Of a stretch of DNA of 64,000 nucleotides, positions 12,293 through 25,261 are shown in pieces; positions within the stretch are counted from its first letter, which is position 1; each line of letters opens with the position of its first letter. A program made the translations under genes and the position numbers. The notes beneath the pieces are model-generated. The model made no database searches, had not been told where the DNA came from, and was given only the letters and a program-made list of their open reading frames with translations. The DNA is from Heterodontus francisci. Its lineage: Eukaryota. The stretch covers positions 94,849,605-94,913,604 of the forward strand of contig NC_090378.1 of NCBI RefSeq assembly GCF_036365525.1, in the 5' to 3' direction.

Positions 12293-13086
12293 GGGCTGGA
12301 TTTTACATTGCCACACTGAAATCGGTGATGGCTGTAAACAATGGTGACCCATACACGCGGGCGGTACTTCGCAGAGTTGCCACAATACTAAACGTACAGC
12401 TCATTTAAATGGCCGGGGTGGACCACCCCCTCCCATCTGATGACGTGAAGGGGGCGGGCGGTCCATCCCCAGCAATGGCGTCAGGCGCCACTGCGCAGAC
12501 GCTGATGCCATTTTTAAAGGGCTTTGAACCCTTCTGTTTAATTTAAATTTTTAAAGATAGATATTGGAAAAAAATGTTGAAAACATTTAATTTGCCCCTC
12601 TCCCATCCCCCCAATAACCATGTAACTAACTACTTGCCCTCTCCCTCCAAAACACTTCCCCTGCCCACCTGACCTTCCCTTCCCAAATAATATAAACTTT
12701 AATCTTTACCCCTTCCCACCATGCCCTAAACCAATGATATTCGTTTTACTACATTCCCCTGCTCCTGCACTGAAAAGCCTACCTGCTCCCCCTTCCCCAC
12801 CAATGTCACACCTCGGATCTCCGGACGGAGACCCAAAGGCCAATATTGCCCGGAACCGGACGGCGGGAGCGGGTAAGTAATATATCCGCTAATTTACATT
12901 TTTAAAAATATGCAGATTTGGCTCCCATCACCGAGCAGCAGGGGGCCGCCACAAGGCCTTGCTGCCACCAGCAATATCGAGTCAGGCCTTGCCGGCGCAA
13001 GGCCCATGACAGGCCTCTACCAGAGGCATTTTCTGGCCTCACCCCCCGCCATGATCCTGAAGTCGGGGAGCTGTAAAATCCAGTCC
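12293..13086. mobile_element. Harbinger-type MITE with ATT TSD
   Basis: TIRs GGGCTGGATTTTACA / TGTAAAATCCAGTCC, with ATT on both sides. Confidence 0.85.
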
Positions 13087-13719
13087 ATTGCATGAGATTC
13101 TGCAAGGTATGTTTCACAGAAATTTGGTGCTGTCTATTTCTGCAGCTAAGATAAAGAGTTGTGGATTTGTGTTACAGCCAAGAGCTGGCAATATTCACAA
13201 CTGGCATGGACAGATTCAGAGGCACAGCACACAACACTTACCCATTGTCTACTTCTGAGTCAATCATTCAATATGGATTTTACTCGCTTCCTGACCAGTA
13301 AGCATCGTGCAATTTTTAAAATATTATTCATCCATGGGCTGTGAGCATCGCTGGCAAAAACTGTCAATACGTATATCAAAAACTATAAATATAATGCATT
13401 GCATAATTGACTGGTAACTCCAAAACATTCTAGAGTTCATTTAGCTGGGGAGCTATGCGCAACCTCATTTAAGATGAATTTGAATTCTGAATGTCTTTTT
13501 ATCAGATCTGTCCCTGTATCACTTGAATCTTAATGAAGTACTGATTGCCAAAGCTCATTGTTAGAAATCTGAAAGCCAGCTTTGCCTAACGCCTGAATTC
13601 ACCTGGCCTCAATTTGGCCATTTTCAAACTCTCTTCCCAAACAAATATACATAAAACTATCCTTAAAGCTGTTCACCTCCCCTCCTCCAGCTACACATCC
13701 TACTCTGTTTGCTCATGGT

Positions 13720-14370
13720 TATAAAGACTCATGGAATGTTGGCCTTTACCTTAATGGGACTGGAATACACAGGGATGGAAGTCATTCTACAGTTATATTA
13801 ACCTCTTAGATCCCAATTAGAGTACTTTGTTCAGTGTGGACACCTCACCTCAGGAAAGATATATTGACCTTGCAGGAAGTGCAGTGCAGATTCACCAGAA
13901 AGATATTGGGGCTAAAAGGGTTAGATTATGAAGACAGGTTGCATAGACTAGGTTTATATCCCCTTTAATACAGAAGATTAAAGGGGATCTAATTGAGGTG
14001 TTTAATATGATGAAAGGAGTTGATAGGACTGATGGAAATAAACTATATCCTCTGGTGGAGGAGTTCAGAACAAGGGGACATAACCTGAAAGTTCAAGCTA
14101 GGCAGTTCAGGGTGATGTCAGGAACAGGTTCTTCGCACAAAGGGAAGTGGAAATCTAGAACTTGCTCCCAAAAAGCTGTTGCGGTCTGGTCAGTTGAAAG
14201 CTTCAGAACTGAGATTAATAGATTTTAGTCAGCAAGGGTATTAAAGGTTATAGAACCAGGGCAAATAAATGGAGTTGAGATACAGATCAGCCATGATCTA
14301 ACTGAATGGCAGAGCAGACTCAAGGGGCTGCATGACCTCCTCCTGTATCTGTGTTCCTTCCTTCCTATGT
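13720..14370 (+). mobile_element. CR1 LINE 3' fragment (intronic)
   Basis: RLKGDLIEVFNMMKGVDR..LYPLVEEFRTRGHNLK, followed by the CR1 3' UTR. Confidence 0.85.
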
Positions 14371-14534
14371 TCCAAACACAGATTGAAAACCTTCAAATCT
14401 CTCTATAATTCTATGAATGGTACCTAAAAGTATTTTCTATGTTGTGCTATTAATAAGGATTGTCTTTGTGTAAGTGTCAATCTACAGTGTAGCCACTAAT
14501 ACCAAACGTTCACCTTGCAGCCTCCACCAAGAAA

Positions 14535-14730
14535 ATGCAACGCCTTAAATCACACATTTTTGAGGGAGACATAACAAAGCGGCTGGAGGCAGAGAGGCGT
14601 GAGTCCAAGCGTGCAGAAGCCAGGCTCCGGAATGGATTACACGATCTGGAGGAGGCAAGGTTTTATTGCATCGACAGAATGATCAAAGATCAGCGGCGGA
14701 TCCAGAGAGACCTTATGAGAATAAAGAATG
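14535..14730 (+). CDS. CCDC190: CCDC190 homologue, coding exon 1 (coiled-coil N-terminus)
   Basis: Acceptor ttgcag at 14520, ATG at 14535 and donor G|GTGAGT at 14731. KRLEAERRESKRAEARLRNGLHDLEEARFYCIDRMIKDQRRIQRDLMR resembles the CCDC190 N-terminus as I recall it ([34 protein letters not shown]). Confidence 0.85.
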
Positions 14731-16409
14731 GTGAGTTGCCCCTGTTAAGACTGGGATTTCCATATACTGTATGTCTTAAGGATGGTGATGGGCAGTGATG
14801 GAATATTCATTCTACCTTGCACCCAGTGATGACACCAGGCACTCACAGGCCAGCTATTTCATGGGTTTATGGCAATACCAATCTCTCTAAATGCAAATTA
14901 TCATGAAAATTAATCAATGAGCAACCTCCATAAGCTATACAGTCTCCATATTTTGTTTCTGATACTCTACCCTGCTGCTCTCTCAAAGTAGTGAATCATC
15001 CTTACTACAGAGGGAACAGTAGAGAGAAAGAAAATTACCCTGGCCCAGAATTTCCTGAAAAATTTCAACATAACTACAACATAATTGGAGCGTTGTATGT
15101 TTTCTCTCAGGATATTTGTTTGTAACTAATTTATGTTGTTTTTCCGTCGAAACATTGTTACTTAGAAACTAGGTTGGTTGTCTGAGATGCAACTGCTGGA
15201 GCCCTTTGCCGCTCAGACACGCAAGACCAACTCATGCAGGTTTCCTGGATTTATGTGATTAATACACCCAAAATTAACCACAATATGGCCTGAAGTCACC
15301 TGATAATGGCATAACTGAGGTATCTGGAGTTTACAAGCAATTTCCGTTTTTTTTTAACTGAGATCTGCAATATATGAAACCAAAGTTTTGTCAGTTTCAG
15401 TGCACTCAAAATTTTTTGAAGCCCCACCTCCCCCCCCCCCGCCCACCCCCCCACCCCCCAGCATACATTCTAAAGGACTAAGCAGCTGGAATGGACATAT
15501 CGCTTCTCTGCATAACAATGGCAGAGGAAGAGGAAGAGCAGAGGCAAGAGGCTCCAAGAATGAGGCATCAAATATGAGGCCACAGCTTGTCAGCATATTG
15601 AAGATAGCTGGAACTATAAACTGTGCAGAGAATATCAGCCTGCAGAGAAAGAAAAAAAAATCACTGGAAATTATTAACAGTCACAGTGGTTTGAATGCAG
15701 GCATGAGTTAATATCAGCTGGAACTTAATGTGAGACAGATCTTTAATGTGTGAGGCAGAAGAGGAAAAATAAACAGCAAGAAATAGACTGGCATAGAAGA
15801 GATGATCCAGAATCCTTTTTGTTACTGTTACTTACTCAGATTAATATTTCTCATCCATCAGTTCATGAAAAGCACATCGTAGCTTGTCTTTATTTTCACC
15901 ATTTAAAACCTGACAGACTATAGTATGTTCCCTGGGTTCCAAGGTCCCACAATGCTTACATTTTACCCCAAAATAACAATATTTCTTAATTAATATCAAA
16001 TTTAGATTTTTAAATGCTACCATGCTAATTTGGAAATCATTACTTCAAGATTTTACGAGCTCAATTTTATCAGCGCGCTGCGCTCAGTGGCGGCACGCTG
16101 TGAAGTCGGTGGCTTTCTGACACGGAATTACGCGGGCCTCCCTGCTGCTCCCACGGCAACGAGGGGCTGGCAAACCCCCAGCGATCCTGATCCGACCTTC
16201 ACAATCACAAAAATATGAACAATAGAAGGCTATCTGGTTTATCTTTCCATAGCAACCTACCTTCCTTCCCATCACATCATCCAGCTACCTCCTGAATGAT
16301 GTGCAAGTGTTCGCCCCCACTGCCCTGGAATCATTCAAGAGCATCAGTAAAAGTCAGGCATATTACTACATGACACTTTTACTACTGTTTGCCCCGTATG
16401 CATGACTTT

Positions 16410-17150
16410 GAAAGTCACAAGATAACTAAACAGACGGAAGGCCATCTGGATCATGTTAATTCATTCAGCCAAAAGCATTCTACAGTTTTCCACCACCATA
16501 TTTCAGCATATAAATTCTTCTAAAATGATTCCAGAGCTTTTCCGTCACCACTGTATCCAGGAGTCCATTCCAGGTGTTGATCATTCTTTTGTGTGAAGAA
16601 GAACTTGCTGATATCATTCCTAAATTGTCCTTTTACTAGTTTGTCCCTATGTTTCCTTGTCCTATTCTCTCAATTTAAAGTAATATTCTTGAATTACCAT
16701 TTCCAGACCCTAACATCTCTCTCTCAGGTTTCCTGGACACCTTGGTACCAGGCTGAAAAGGCTAAGTTTTTTGCAGTCCTTCCTCTTAACTCAGAATTTT
16801 AACATTAGGAATCATCCTTATTTTTCTTCTCCACACTCCCTCTCACAATTGATGTCTTCCTTGTGTCTCTGTGACACAACTTGACATAGTACTAAAAATG
16901 TGGTCTGACCAGAGCACTGTAATGTTTGACCATGGCTTCCTCTGACTTATATTCTACTCTTTTTCATGAGCAGTTCAATATTCCATTGGCTTTATTGTAG
17001 GCTGCACTGCACATGTTTAACATTGAGTCTATTGAGACTGTCTGGTCTCTTTCAGCTTCATCCTGAACTACTTCAACACCATTCATAGAACAAGTGTGTT
17101 ATTGAATTTTCCTTCCTATGCACAGTACTGGCTGCATGTCATCCACTGTC
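16410..17150 (-). mobile_element. Old, highly decayed CR1-like fragment ending just before the exon 2 acceptor
   Basis: Degenerate CR1 3' motifs (ccattccaggtgttgatcattcttttgtgtgaagaagaac; tgtggtctgaccagagcactgta). Confidence 0.5.
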
Positions 17151-17178
17151 ACTGGCTCATATATTTAAATTTTCTCAG

Positions 17179-17332
17179 GTTATTCCAAGAAGAAGGCAGT
17201 AAGCAGTTTCAGAAGGATATGTCCTGATAATAGTACTCCAGCCAAAGGAAAGTCTGGCTCCAGCAACACCGTTTTACCCCCCATCTCAGCTGTAAAGGAC
17301 CAAGCTGTCATACTGGAGTCAGAAGGAATCAG
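17179..17332 (+). CDS. CCDC190: CCDC190 homologue, coding exon 2
   Basis: Acceptor tttctcag and donor AG|GTAATG. The 154 nt are open in phase 1 (GYSKKKAVSSFRRICPDNSTPAKGKSGSSNTVLPPISAVKDQAVILESEGIR) and join exons 1 and 3 in frame. Confidence 0.8.
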
Positions 17333-18546
17333 GTAATGAAATATTTACCTGAATTTGTATAAACCAACAGATCCTTTCTAATTTGTAATATTCAATGATA
17401 GTTATGCAACATTTAAGCTGAAGAGGGAACCTCAGTGATCCCAAGAACCTTGTTTTACCTTCAAGTCTAAGGAGATATGATAAAGGTAAAAGGAACTTAC
17501 TTGAAGGCCTCTTCAGCCTCCATGTTCTCCTCCCCGGTAGGGAAAGTCACAGTTGGCCCCCCCGCTCAGGCCGGTTAAAATTGCTGATGGCATTATCAGA
17601 CCCCAATCGGCACATATAAGTTAGGACCCAGCCGGCTTTGGATGGGCAGCTTGGCGGTCTGTCCAGGAGCCTCAGTTAAAACTGGGAATGGCGGAATCTC
17701 CAGGGTAAGTAACTCAGAGAGTTTTAACTGCGCTCTCACCTGCCGCTCAGTTTCCAGTGGACTAATAGGGGTCAAATACCACCCCCGCCAAACCCCATTA
17801 CCTAAGCAGGGAAGATGATCATTATTAATCTCCCTGATCCAGCGGTTTTTTACAGATCTGTTAAGTTTCAATTCGGAAAGATCCTACATTTCAAAAATCA
17901 GCTGAGCAGAGCAGATAAAGTGCTGCAATCCTTAGGTTAGTTAGACAAATCCTCCCACAAAAAAATCTATTTTTTTCAATCGTAAGGAAGATCTGACCCC
18001 TTAACTCAATGTTCTCTTCCCCCATCCACCACCACACTCCAAAATGCCAGCTCATTGCATGTATAGAAATTTGTAAGAATACTGACTACTAGGGACAGCT
18101 AGCTTGAAAACATTAACATAACTGGGCTGCCCCCTAATTGTGTGTATATATCTATATCTTTTCAGAGAGCTTAGGAAATACTGCACACTTGCTAATTATT
18201 TCTGTAGCCGATTTCAAAACAATCTGTACTCTCATATTCTAACCAGACAGTTCCTGGAGCACACCTATGTTTCCTTGCATTTTGTTGTGCTTTTCCTCCA
18301 AACACACCACCACAGACATACCAGGAAACAAATATGGACATAATAGGCGAGACTTTAACTCACTCAGAACCCATTCATTGTCACAGAGATAAAATTGGCC
18401 CAATAAAATTCTGTCTATTCTAATCTCTATGGCTTTGAAATTATGCTGTGAGATACTTGTGTACAAAAGGGGTAACTTTGTATGAAAGGAGTCATCTGCC
18501 AGCTTTGTCATCCCAGCATGAAACCTTGCTTGCCAATAGCATATTG

Positions 18547-18935
18547 GGGAGGTGGTAGCATAGTGGTAATGTCACTGGACTGGTAGCCCAGAGGCCCAGG
18601 CTAATGCTCTGGGGACATGGGTTCGAATCCCACCACAGCAGATTGTGAAATTTGAATTCAATTAATAAAATCTGGAATTAAAAAGCTAGTCTAGTGTGAC
18701 CGTGAAGCCATTGTCGATTGTTGTAAAAACCCATCTGGTTCACTAATGTTCTTTCGGGAAGGAAATCTGCCATCCTTACCTGGTCTGGCCTACATGTGAC
18801 TCCAGATCCACAGCAATGTGGTTGACTCTTAAAATGCCCTCTGAAATGGCCACTCAGTTCAAGGGCAATTAGGGATGGGCAATAAATGCTGGCCTAGCCA
18901 GCGACGCCCACATCCCATGAACGAATAAAAAAAAA
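18547..18935 (+). mobile_element. tRNA-headed SINE sharing both ends with the LINE at 55897-58970
   Basis: A-box-like GGTAGCATAGTGG, B-box GGTTCGAATCC and a poly-A tail. The 3' half matches the LINE 5' UTR and then the LINE 3' end. Confidence 0.85.
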
Positions 18936-19199
18936 TATATTGGAAATTTGGGCTCAGGATGCTGGAATTTCCAGTAAGCACTCCCAGTGGACGAGGCTGT
19001 CTTAAGGAGCACAAAATCAGAAAATTATCTGTGAAATTCTTTAGTCTAATTTAGTGGAGCTATTAGAATCATACAATCATATGCCTATGCCAGCTCCTTG
19101 GTTCCACTCCCTTGCTCTTTCCTTTTCGCTCTGTAAATCTTTTCCCTTCAATCAATTATCCAATTCTCTTTTGAATGTTACTATTGAATCTGTTTCCAC

Positions 19200-19640
19200 C
19201 AGCATGCAATAGACAGGCCATCAATGGATCAGATCTAAGCTCTGCAGTTCTGCCACATCCAGTCATGAATGGTGGTGGACAATTAAACAACTAATAGGAG
19301 AAGAAGGCTCCACAAATATCCCCATCCTCAATGATGGGGGAGCCCAGCACATCAGGGCGAAAGATAAGGCAGAAGATTTGCAACAATCTTCAGCCAGAAG
19401 TGCTGACTGGATGATCCATCTTGGCCTCCTCCCGAAGTTCCCAGCATCACAGATGCCAGTCTGCAGCCAATCCGATTCACTCCACGTGATATCAAGAAAT
19501 GGCTGAAGGCACTGGATACTGCAAAGGCTATGGGTCCTGACAACATTCCGGCAATATTATCGAAGACTTGTGCCCCAGAACTAGCTGTGCCCCTAGCCAA
19601 GCTGTTCCAGTACAACTACAACACTGGCATCTATCTGACA
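19200..19640 (+). mobile_element. LINE fragment (55897-58970 family) inserted in CR1
   Basis: KAMGPDNIPAILSKTCAPELAVPLAKLFQYNYNTGIY, matching ~57300-57720. Confidence 0.85.
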
Positions 19641-21331
19641 ATGACTCGCTGTGTTAAAAAAAATGTTGCTCATGTTGTCTCTGGTTCTTTTGCCAGTCAC
19701 CTTCAATCTGTGACCTACTTTTACTGACCCTTCTACTATTGGAAATAGACACTCCTTATTTTCTCTATCAAAACTCTTTAGAATTTTGAACACCTCTATC
19801 AAATCTCCTTTTAACCTTCTCTGCGTTATTGAGAAGAACCCTGCTTCTCCAGTCCCTCCACATAACTGAAGTTCCTCATCTCTGCTACCATTCTAGTAAA
19901 TCTCTTCTGCACCCACTCCTCCTTCCCAAAATGTAATGTCCAGAATTGAGCACAATACTCCAGCAGAGGCCTAACCAGTGTTTAATAAGGTTTAGCATAA
20001 CTTCCTTGCTTTTGTACCCTATTCCTCTATTAATAAAGCCAAGGATCCCACATGCTTTTTTAACAGCCTTCTCAACTTGGCCTGCCACTTTCAAAGACAT
20101 GTACAAGTACTCCCCCAGGTCTCTCTGTTCCTGCACCTGCTTCAAAATTGTCCCATTTAGTTTATATTGCCTCTCATTCTGCTAACCAAAACAACACATT
20201 TGTGTTAAATTTCATCTGCCATGTGTCAGCGCATTTTACCAGTGGGTCTATGTCCTCCTTAAATGTATTACGATCCTGCTCATTGTTTACTACAATTCCA
20301 AGTGTTGTGCCATTTTCAAATATTTCAAAATTATGCCCTGTATACCCAAGTCCTGGTCATTGACCAGTTTACATCAACGCCTGGAGAACAACATGTATAC
20401 TTCCCTCCCTCTGAAAAACAACCGTTCACCACTACTCTCTGCTTTCTGTCCCTTAACCAATTTTGTATCCATTCTGCCACTGTCTCTTTAATGGGCCTTA
20501 ATTTTGATAACAAGTCTATTAGCTGCTGCTTTACCAAACGCCTTTTGAAAGATCATGTACACATGAATTGCATTACCTTCATCAAACCTCTCCGTTACTT
20601 CATCAAAGAACTTGACCAAGTTTGTCAAAAATGATTTGCCTATTAACAAATCTGTGCTGACTTTCATTTATTAGCTCATACTTTACCAAATGCCAATAAA
20701 TTTTGTCCTGGGTTATTGTCACAAAAATTTTCCCCACCACTGACATCAGACTGACGGGCTTGTAGTTGCCAAGTCTATCCATCTCCCCTTTTTTATAAGG
20801 GTGTAACATTTACAATTCTTCGGTCTTCTGAGACCAACCCCACATCCAAGGCGAACTGGAACATTGCAGCCAGAGCCTCCTCATTTTCAACTCTTACTTC
20901 CCTCAGTAACCAAGGAAACATCCCATCCAGACCTGGATGGCTTTTCTACTTTGAGGACTGCCAGCCAATTTCACTACAGCCTCTTCCTTTGCTGTTACAT
21001 TGACAGCATCCTCTTCTCTCGTGAAGACAAATGCAAAGTACTGGTTTAGTACCTCAGCAATGTCTTCTGCCTCCACAAGATCTTCTTTTTAGTCCCTAAT
21101 TAGCCCTATCCTTCCTTTGAATGCCTTTTTACTATTTAAGTTTATTTAAGTGTTTATGAAAGACTTCTGGGTTCCCTTTTATGTTAGCTGCTAATTTATT
21201 CTTATACTTTCTCTTTGCCCTCTTATTCCTGTTTTTAGATTACTCTGTACTTTCTTTGTTCAGCTTTGTTCTCTACAGTATGATGAAACTTTGCCATAAG
21301 CTGCCTTTTTCTGTCTCAGTCTAATCTCTAT

Positions 21332-22182
21332 GGACTGGCTTTTAAGAGCCCCCAGCCAATCTCAGTGGTGAGCTCAAATTAAGGCGGCCCACCTGCGTTG
21401 GCCACACGCCAAGGAGCGCTGCAAACTCCCGCACAGCAGCTCATTTAAATAACTGGGGTGGCTTGCCCCCCCACCCCTAATCACGTGGAGGGGGCGGGCT
21501 GTCCGTCCTCGACAATGGCGTCATCTGCCTGTGTACAGGTGCTGGCGTCATTTTTAAAGGGCAGCCATGCCCTGCCAGCACATTTAAATTTTTGAAGAGG
21601 AAACCCCCCCAAAATTAAATAAACAAATTCACAACTCCCCTTTCCCACTGCCCCCAATAACAATTACATGATCTATTTGCCCTTTCCCCCCACCCAAAAC
21701 ACCTTTTACATCTGACCTTCCTCCCCCAGACTGCACAAAGTTTAAGGTTCAACCCTTCCCACCATCCCCTACACTCATTAGATTTATTTGATCCCATCTC
21801 CCCCCCTCCTGCACTGGCAAACTTACCTCCACCCACCCCCCCCAACCTCCCCACCAATGTGGCACCGCGTTTCCCCAGACGGGGATCTGAAGGCATGGGA
21901 GTGCCAGCCGCTGTGCCGAAGATCGCGGCAGGCCCTCAAAATAGCTAGTACATCTATGTTAATTTATTCATTTCATTCATTTGTATATTTAAATTGTGGT
22001 CCCATCGCCCAGCAGCAGGGGGGCCGCCATAGAGCCTCTCCGCCACGGAGCCTCGCCGCCACTGGGAGGATCAGGTTGGGCCCTCTCGATGTTGAGGTCC
22101 GTGGCGGACCTCTTCCGGAGCCATCTTCAAGCCCCCCCATCACCGTGGATTATGACGTTGAGACCTTCTTAAAATCCAGCCC
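21332..22182. mobile_element. Harbinger-type MITE with TAT TSD
   Basis: TIRs GGACTGGCTTTTAAGA / CTTAAAATCCAGCCC, with TAT on both sides. Removal restores the CR1 sequence. Confidence 0.85.
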
Positions 22183-23505
22183 TATATCTTTAATCATCCA
22201 GGGAGCTCCAGCTTTGGATCCCTTTCTTTTTCCTATCACAGAAATATGTCTACTCTGTACCCAAACCATCTCCTTTTTGAAGGTCTCGCATTGTTAAATT
22301 ACTGTTTTGCCTACCAAGTTTTGATTCCAATCCACCTGGGCCAGATCCCATTTCAACTCACTGAGGTTAACTCTCCCCCAGTTAGGTATCATACATTTTA
22401 TTGTTCCTTATCCTTTTCCATAAATATTCTACACCTGATGATATTATGATCATTGTTCCCCAAATGCTCTTGCATTGAAACGTACTTCACTTCCCCAACT
22501 TCATTCCCCAGAGCTAGATCCAGCACTGCTTCCTTCCTTGTTGGGCTGGAAACACATTGAAAATTCTCTTCAACACATTTCAGGAATTCCTTTCCCTCTT
22601 TGCCTTTTACATTATTATTATCCCAGTCTGCATTAGAATAATTGAAGTCCCCCATTGTCACTACTCTGTAATTACATAGAATTACATTGAATATACAGCA
22701 CAGAAACAACCATCCAGCCCAACTAGTACATGATGGCATTAACGCTCCATTCAAGCCTTCTTCCATCCTTCCTCATTTAACTCTATCAGTATAACCCTCT
22801 ATTCCCTTCTCCCTCATATGTTTATCTAGCTTCCTCACTTAAGTGTGGGTCTGGAGTCACATATAGGGCAGACCAGGTTAGGATGAGAGGTTATCTTCCC
22901 TAAAGGACATTAGTGAATCATTTGGATTTTTATGACAATCTGGTAGTTTCATGGTCACCACGACTGATACCATCTTTCTATTCCAGATTTATTTATTTAC
23001 TGGATTTAAATTCCCCAACAGTCTTGACACAATTTGAACTCATGTCTCCCACCAGTAACAAAACCACACAACCATGTCTGTCTCTCTCCAAGTTCCTTGG
23101 AGAAAATACATAATGCTGTGATGGGATTTGAACTCATTTCTCTGGATCATTAGTCCTGGCCTCTGGATTACTAGTCCAGTAACATAACCATGACACTATC
23201 GAACCCAATAAAAATATAAGACCTGGCGAGATTTGGGCTTAAATTTTTAATAACCAAAAATTCCTATCGACACCTTTCAGCACATGAAACTCTGAATTAT
23301 CTGTTTTCCCATTTCAGTCACTCCAGTCGGAGTAAATTTGAGATGCATTGATGGGATATTACATGACTGGTACTTTCAGCCTCAAATCAAGAGATAGTTT
23401 AAAATGCCAGCAAGAAAAAAACACACATGACATAGTACATGGAATTAGGATGTTTCCTTAATGACTTTACAGCTCAAATGTTTTTGCTTTGCTTTACAAT
23501 TTTAG

Positions 23506-24178
23506 GACGCAGAGCTATTACTCTACAAAGGCTGGCAGGGTTGTGATGCCCCCTAGCGCCTCTCTTGCTCTACAGATACAGATCAATGATTTCCTCAATG
23601 CGCTCAGCAGCAGACAGGAAAAATCTGATGGGCACACAGGAGCAGAAGAGGCTCAGCCTGCTACGCCACCCAGCAGAGGAAAAACCGAAACCTCAATCAA
23701 CAACATCAACATGTCGGGCTTGAAACACTCCATTGCCAAGCACCTGAGCATCTCGGAGAAACCAACAGGCTTGGATGTGGCCAATGGGAGGGAAAACCAA
23801 GCAGCAGATGGCCAAACAGAGCAAGAAGCGAGTGATGCCAAGACAACTAGCAATGGTGTTACCAGCGATCCAGCCCCAAATCAAATCAAATCCAGCAGCC
23901 CACAGCTCTCAGCTTGCCACGAAAACTCTCCCTATGATTCCGAGTTTTATGCTCCAGATGGGTTGCCCAGAACCATGCACACCATGCCCAGTTTTCTTGA
24001 GGCCTTTGCGGAAGCAAAGAAAGCAAGGTACATCAGGCACCGAACCAAAACTGATGATGAGAAGGAACTGTCAATCAGCGAAATTTTTGGAAAGAGAAGA
24101 GAGCCTGTCCAATACTTTACTGTTAAAGAGGTGGAAACCACCAAGGAAAAAAACTTCACAGGAAAAAATTCAGATTAA
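23506..24178 (+). CDS. CCDC190: CCDC190 homologue, last coding exon
   Basis: Acceptor ttttag at 23505, phase 2. The C-terminal PSFLEAFAEAKKARYIRHR..EKELSISEIFG resembles CCDC190 PTFLELLSKARNAHYLRHR..ERLLSIGEIFG. Total CDS is 1023 nt (340 aa plus stop). Confidence 0.88.
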
Positions 24179-24649
24179 AGGAATATTCCAGGATCGACTG
24201 AAATACATTTAAAAAATCCTTGGCGCAATGACAACATACTCCTTAGTGATATCAGTTCCAAATCTGCTTGGGTTGCATCCAGTGGTTGTGCTAGGACAAT
24301 GCCTGATGGTGCCCTCCAGCGCTGATCCCACTGGAGTTTACAGGGTCAGTGGGAGGCACCTTGTTAGCCTGAGACAGGCAGGTGCAGGTGTGACCAGACA
24401 CCTCATATTTCTGCCTGCCCCAGCCTGTTCTGCCCAAATGAAAAGTGGGAAGTGGTTTTCCAGGCTTCTCTCTTGACTGAAGCACTGGTCTTATCAACTC
24501 CAAGCAAAGGGACTGATTTGTTTCAGACAACAAAAATTGACCAGCCTGGACTTCACATGTGTCTTTGCAGAGGCCAGTACAACTCACCTCACTGTGCCTA
24601 CTGGCCACCACTGCAGCACTGGCTCCCTATCAAGTCCTGACTTCAAAGT

Positions 24650-25055
24650 TTCTGCCCCATATCCCTTGTTTGCCTTACTTAATAAAAATCTATTGCTCTC
24701 GGTCCTGCAATTTCCAACTGATCCAGCATCCCAGCCTTCTGGGGTAGAGAATTCCAAATTTCTACTACCCTTTGTGTGAAAAAGTGCTTCCTAATTTTGT
24801 TTCTGAGTGGCCGAGCTCTAATTTTAAGATTATGTCCCCTTGTTCTTGATTCCCCCACCAGAGGAAATAGTTGCTCCATTAACACCTTATCAAATCCTTT
24901 TAACATTTTAAACACTTCGGTCAGAGCATCTCTTCTATGCTCAGAAAGTTCATGCAAGCATAACAGCCCTCTAAGCCCCACTATCATTCTGGTGAATCTG
25001 TGCTGCATACCATCTGGAGCCTATATTTCCTTCCGGAGGTGCAGTGCCCAGAGCT
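24650..25055 (-). mobile_element. CR1 3' fragment downstream of the CCDC190 stop
   Basis: ORF 24679-25008: LFPLVGESRTRGHNLKIR..FFTQRVVEIWNSLP. Confidence 0.85.
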
Positions 25056-25261
25056 TCAATGCTTTTGGTGTTGGGAGAAAAGAGACACTGCTGCCTGAAC
25101 ACTCGTAACTTTAATAAAAGAGCTGCCAGGGAGCAGAACTCTGTGCACAGGCCAGAGCACGAATACACAAGAGGTCATTTGTCACTAACCTTGGTGCACA
25201 GTTGGCAGTAACTCCAGTCTGCCAGCTGTGTGTTGCACTTCCACAGGCCAAATCCAATTGC

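Larger units (their letters stand above)
19065..22660 (-). mobile_element. Long decayed CR1 ORF2 fragment interrupted by a LINE piece and a MITE
   Basis: VVTMGDFNYSNADW, PTRKEAVLDL, NYKPVSLMSVVGK, WIQNWLRDRKQRVVVNG, QRDLG and IEVFKILKSFD occur in order along the minus strand. Confidence 0.88.

Noticed and set aside
18547-18635. tRNA-like A/B boxes here and at the HE1 heads
   Set aside because: These are SINE heads continuing into SINE bodies, not tRNA genes.
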